Shown here: piece by piece, positions 28,068 through 32,000 of the stretch
How positions within the stretch are numbered: position 1 is the stretch's first letter
How the letters are laid out: the number at the start of each line of letters is the position of its first letter
NCBI RefSeq assembly: GCF_016097405.1
Contig: NZ_JAEHGD010000001.1
Coordinates: 1,391,693-1,423,692, forward strand
Origin: a methane-oxidizing endosymbiont of Gigantopelta aegis
GTDB taxonomy: Bacteria; Pseudomonadota; Gammaproteobacteria; Methylococcales; Methylomonadaceae
Reading direction: 5' to 3'
DNA: 32,000 bases
Notes under the pieces: model-generated
Database searches by the model: none
Seen by the model: only the letters and a program-made list of their open reading frames with translations
Told to the model about the DNA's origin: nothing
Translations under genes and position numbers: made by a program

Positions 28068-29178
28068 TACTCTCCGCACATGAAAATAGAGCAAACCATC
28101 ATGCACCGATAATTTGAAAATTCTCAGTTAAAAGTGAGCGCAAATTGTCGACATGCTTTTCTGGCTCAGAAAAGAATGTCTCGCAGGCTATTTTGAATTC
28201 TTTGAATGTTTCATAATACTGGTCATATAAGATTTCTTGAAATATCGCCAGTACCGTTCAATCAAATTAAGATTCGGCGCATACGGCGGTAAAAACACTA
28301 ATTCAATTCGCGACATTTCAAGAAATTGTCTGACAGCCTTTGATCGGTAGTAGCGTGCATTATCGCAAATGATGTAAATAGTCCCAGCCTTCGGGTAACG
28401 TTCTTCAATCGCCTTACAAAGATCAATCGTTGCCTCGCCATTGATGGTGTCATAGAAGCGGCAGACAGTATCCAGAGAATCGATATTGACTGCACCGTTG
28501 ACATTGAGACGTTGACGCCCGGTATTACTCTGAATCGTGAATTCCACACCACGCTTAATCCAACCACAAGCCATTACAGGATTATGTTGTGGATGAACAC
28601 CATCCATGAACAATATCAAGTCTTCGGGCTGCTTGTCTTCCTTTAGTTGTTGATATTTCTCAAGGAACTCAGTTGGGCTTTGCATTAGCTTTGCCGGGTA
28701 TCAGCTTGGGCTTTTATAGACATAACCCAAGCGATGCAGCAGGCTGTCACACCGCGTTCACTATAGCGAACCTGCCAACGCTCTTTAATGTAAGCTGCAA
28801 CCGATTTAGCGGTTAAGTGAAGATTTTTCTGCAGATATTCATCCAACTCGGTCGCTTCTGAAACCGATAAGAAACTGGCACTTCCAACATGCTGAGTTTG
28901 TAGGAGTTTAGCAAGACCACCTTTCTTATATTTTCGATAGTAGGTACGGATTGTACGGTCAATGAGAAGTGCTTCGGCAACGTTTGTTGCTGACCAGCCT
29001 GAACCTAAAGAATGATGGCTTTAACTCGGTCTGCATCACGTTTTCTCGAAGCTCACCATGGCTTCGCGCAAATCGGCTAATTCAGTCTCTGGAAGGGTGT
29101 AATTCGACATGGCCTTATTTTATATATTTCACTCCATTACGTCATCTTTTTATGCTAAATTCTCATTTGCGAAGAGTA
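28068..29178 (-). mobile_element. IS630/Tc1-mariner-family insertion sequence, 1111 bp, TA target duplication
   Basis: Imperfect terminal IRs of about 30 bp (tatactctccgcacatgaaaatagagcaaa versus the reverse complement tatactcttcgcaaatgagaatttagcata). TA at 28066..28067 and 29179..29180. The element plus one TA is 1113 bp, so the host frame is preserved on excision. Confidence 0.8.
28188..29110 (-). pseudogene. IS630-family transposase, about five frameshifts as assembled
   Basis: The N-terminal HTH part starts MSNYTLPETELADLREAM (ATG at 29108..29110). Further pieces are RDADRVKAIIL / LGSGWSATNVAEALLIDRTIRTYYRKYKKGGLAKL / LLHRLGYVYK / KPKLIPGKA. The DDE part is the track ORF 28188..28685 (LFMDGVHPQHN...IICDNARYY...LPPYAPNLNLIERYW). 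Confidence 0.7.
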
Positions 29179-29180
29179 TA

Positions 29181-32000
29181 CGTGGTGGGTAGGTGATAGT
29201 TTAGGCGTTATTGTCTTTACGCCACTGTTACTTTGCTGGATTGGTCAGCCTGAAACGGTCTGGCGGCAGCGTATTAAAATGGTCGCATTGCCGCTGCTGA
29301 TAACCAGTATTCTCTTGTTTGCTTTTTTCCAGGTCAGTACGGTCCTCGAACAAAAGCGTCTGTTTGCCGTGTTTCAAAAAAATAGTGCGCGTGTTTCCAC
29401 TGTTTTGCGAGATAATTTTTCTGACCAGGAAGCATTAACTGAATTTATCAAGAACTTTTTTGATATTGTGCCTGAGGTGTCAGCCCAGAACTTTACGACT
29501 CTGGTTAAACCGTTATTGGCTAAAAATTCTTATATTCGTGCGTTTGAATGGATTGAAAAAGTCCCAGCTTTTAAAAGATCGCAATTTGAACGCGACTTAA
29601 ATCTTAAAATTACAGAATGGCGTCAATCCGGGCCACCTGTACCTGCGGCAGACCGGGAGGCGTATTATGTGATTCGTTATCTTTACCCGGTCGAAAATAA
29701 TTTGGCTGCCTGGGGGTATGATGTGGCCTCATACCCAGTTGCACAGAAAGCACTGTATGCGGCGCGTGACTCAGGGAGAACCCAGGTCATTGCACCGGTT
29801 AGATTGATTCAGACCAAACGGCCTAAAGCCGGCGTAGTATTTTATGCGCCGGTTTATGCTAAAGGCTATACACTAAAAACCGTAGAGCAGCGGCGTAATG
29901 CGTTTTTAGGTGTCGTGGCCACAGTTTCAGTGATTGATGATATGCTGAGCGATTTTTTTACCCAGTGGCCAAATCTTAAGCTTTTTGTGCAGATTACTCG
30001 AAAAGGCCAGCCTATTTATCAGAACTATACACATGAAGATCTGAAAGTATTAAATGACTTTAAAACAACTGATACCATTCAGATTGCAAATCAAACCTGG
30101 AATATTTCCTATTTTCCCGCGCCATCTTTTGTCGAATCGGTACATATTTATTTTTACAACCTGATTATTATCGGTTTTATCTTCGCGACATTAGTGACAG
30201 CCGGTGTATTGATGCTGACAGGACGCACTCTTCGCACCGAACAACTGGTTAAATCGCGAACGCGGGAACTGGCTGAAAGCGAACAAAAGTTCCGGGCTTT
30301 AATTCAATCACAACAGGCGGTTTTTTGGCAGGCAGATACAGAGAGCTTTCAATTTACCTTTGTGAGTGAGCAGGCCAGGACTATTTTAGGGTATCCGCCA
30401 GACAAATGCCTGGAACATGATTTTTGGCTAAAAACCATGCACCCGGATGATCGGAAATGGGCACCAGCATTTTGCCGGGAGCAGACTGAAGCCGGAAAAA
30501 GCCATCAATTCGATTACCGTATGCGGCATGAAAATGGTCATTTTATCTGGGTCAGGGATATTGTCACGGTTGAAAAAGACGCAGGCCAGAATCTGACACG
30601 TATGATGGGGGTGATGGTTGATGTCACCGAATATTATCACATTGAAGAAGAATTGCGTTTTAAAGAACGCAAATACAGAACCTTATTTGAAAGCAGTTTT
30701 GAAGCCTTGATTATTTTCGATGTTGAGCGCTTTAAAATTGTCGAGGCGAATGCCAAAACATTGCGTTTATTTGGGTTACCTAAGCAGGGCCTGGAAAGGG
30801 TGGATCCTATGAGTTTTTCGCCCCAGTTTCAGGATAATGGGAAACCTAGTTTACAGATGGCGCAGGAGAAAATGGCCGAAGTCATTAAACAGGGACGGGT
30901 TGAGTTTCAATGGACCCATATCAATGCAGCAGGTGAAAATATTTTATGTGCCATCAATATGACATTGCTGCCTTCATTGGGTGATCAGTTGGTGCTTATC
31001 AGTATTCGCGATATTACTGAACAAAAAAAATCGGAACAGGAGATTGCTGAACTCGCATTTTATGATGCGTTGACAGGGTTAGCGAATCGGCGCCTTCTGT
31101 TAAATCAACTGCAAACTGAAATCATCAGTGCCAAACGGAATAACGTCTATGGTGCTGTGATTTTTATGGACTTAGATCGATTCAAGGTTTTAAATGATTC
31201 CTTAGGCCACCATGTTGGCGATGAATTACTCAAACAGGTCGCAGGCAGAATTCAATCAGTATTACGCGATGAAGACCTGGCAGCGCGTTTAGGTGGCGAT
31301 GAATTTGTTGTATTGATTCGGCCGCATGCGCAATCACAGGATCAAATTCAAGAAGCGTCACATAAAGTGGCCGAAAAAATTCGTAAAGCATTGGAGCAAC
31401 CGTATTTTATGGGTGAATATGAGCATATTTGTTCATCGAGCTTTGGAATCAGTATTTTTCCAGAAGAGGGTGTGTCGGCAAACGCGATATTACAGCAGGC
31501 GGATAAGGCTATGTATGCGGCTAAGGAGCAAGGCCGCAATGCGGTGTGTTTTTACCACATCACCATGCAGCAGCAAGCCGATGAAAGGCTTTTTTTGGAG
31601 AAGGAATTACGCAGAGCGCTAAAACAAAATGATTTCACTCTGGTGTATCAGCCACAGTTAGACAGGGATGGCAATGTGCATAGCGCCGAGGCATTGATTC
31701 GTTGGCAGCATGCCGAAAAAGGTGTCATTTCACCGGCGCAATTTATTCCATTAGCCGAAGAGACTGGGTTGATCATCGAAATCGGCGAATGGGTGCTCAA
31801 CCAGGCTTGTCAGCATTTAAGACAGTGGTCAGAGCGCGGGATTTTACTGGATCATGTTGCGGTCAATGTCAGCGCCCGGCAATTTTCTCAAGCTCATTTT
31901 GTGGAAAGTGTACGGCAGGCGATAAAGCGCTCTGGCATTCCAGCGTCGGCCCTGTTTATCGAACTCACAGAAGGGATCTTGCTTAAAAATATCCATGAAA
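29181..32000 (+). CDS. Sensor diguanylate cyclase/phosphodiesterase, CHASE-TM-PAS-PAS-GGDEF-EAL portion (continuation of 27575..28067; 3' end outside window)
   Basis: Frame 2 is open from 29159 to the window end. It is absent from the ORF track because there is no stop. CHASE-like YYVIRYLYPVENNLAAWGYDVASYPVAQKALYAARDSGRTQVIAPVRL, two PAS-like segments, RLGGDEFVVLI (GGDEF), and EALIRWQH...IELTE (EAL). Confidence 0.8.

Overview
This looks like a gammaproteobacterial chromosomal window, judged from 16S/23S similarity and gene content; I cannot assign a genus. The layout from left to right is as follows. (1) Housekeeping genes: the glmS 3' end on +, then a GuaD-type deaminase, metA, a P-loop ATPase and a small acidic protein, all on -. 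(2) A complete rrn operon on +: tandem sigma70 promoters, boxA, 16S, tRNA-Ile(GAU), tRNA-Ala(UGC), 23S, 5S and a terminator. (3) An IS graveyard: an IS21-like istA remnant split by two head-to-head IS3-family copies, one of which carries an IS5/IS427-like element. (4) A degenerate P4-like island integrated at the 3' end of the tmRNA gene, with integrase, AlpA, a CHC2 zinc-finger protein, a hypothetical and a DUF3987/YfjI-like replication protein that is interrupted by an IS21-family element. (5) ssrA, a 721-aa orphan protein with a zeta-toxin-like P-loop kinase module and a Fic/Doc-like motif, trpS, rapA with an in-frame TAG, and fsa. (6) A MASE1-CHASE-PAS-PAS-GGDEF-EAL sensor gene split by an IS630-family insertion with a TA duplication. 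The standout observation is in the rrn operon. The 16S is about 1678 nt and the 23S about 3615 nt because four helix apices carry insertions. The sites are 16S helix 6, 16S helix 9/10 region, 23S helix 25 and the 23S helix 68 apex. All four insertions end in the same inverted terminal motif (CCCCTCACCTA...TAGGTGAGGGG). The two 23S insertions carry small GIY-YIG nuclease ORFs in the rRNA sense orientation, one with an intact core and one frameshifted. I read this as a family of hairpin-ended, IVS-like mobile elements with nuclease-bearing and miniature members. One caveat applies across the window: most frameshifts I could localise in mobile genes need one extra base, many in an A or T run of 4-7 nt. 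Several pseudogene calls may therefore be consensus errors in repeats.
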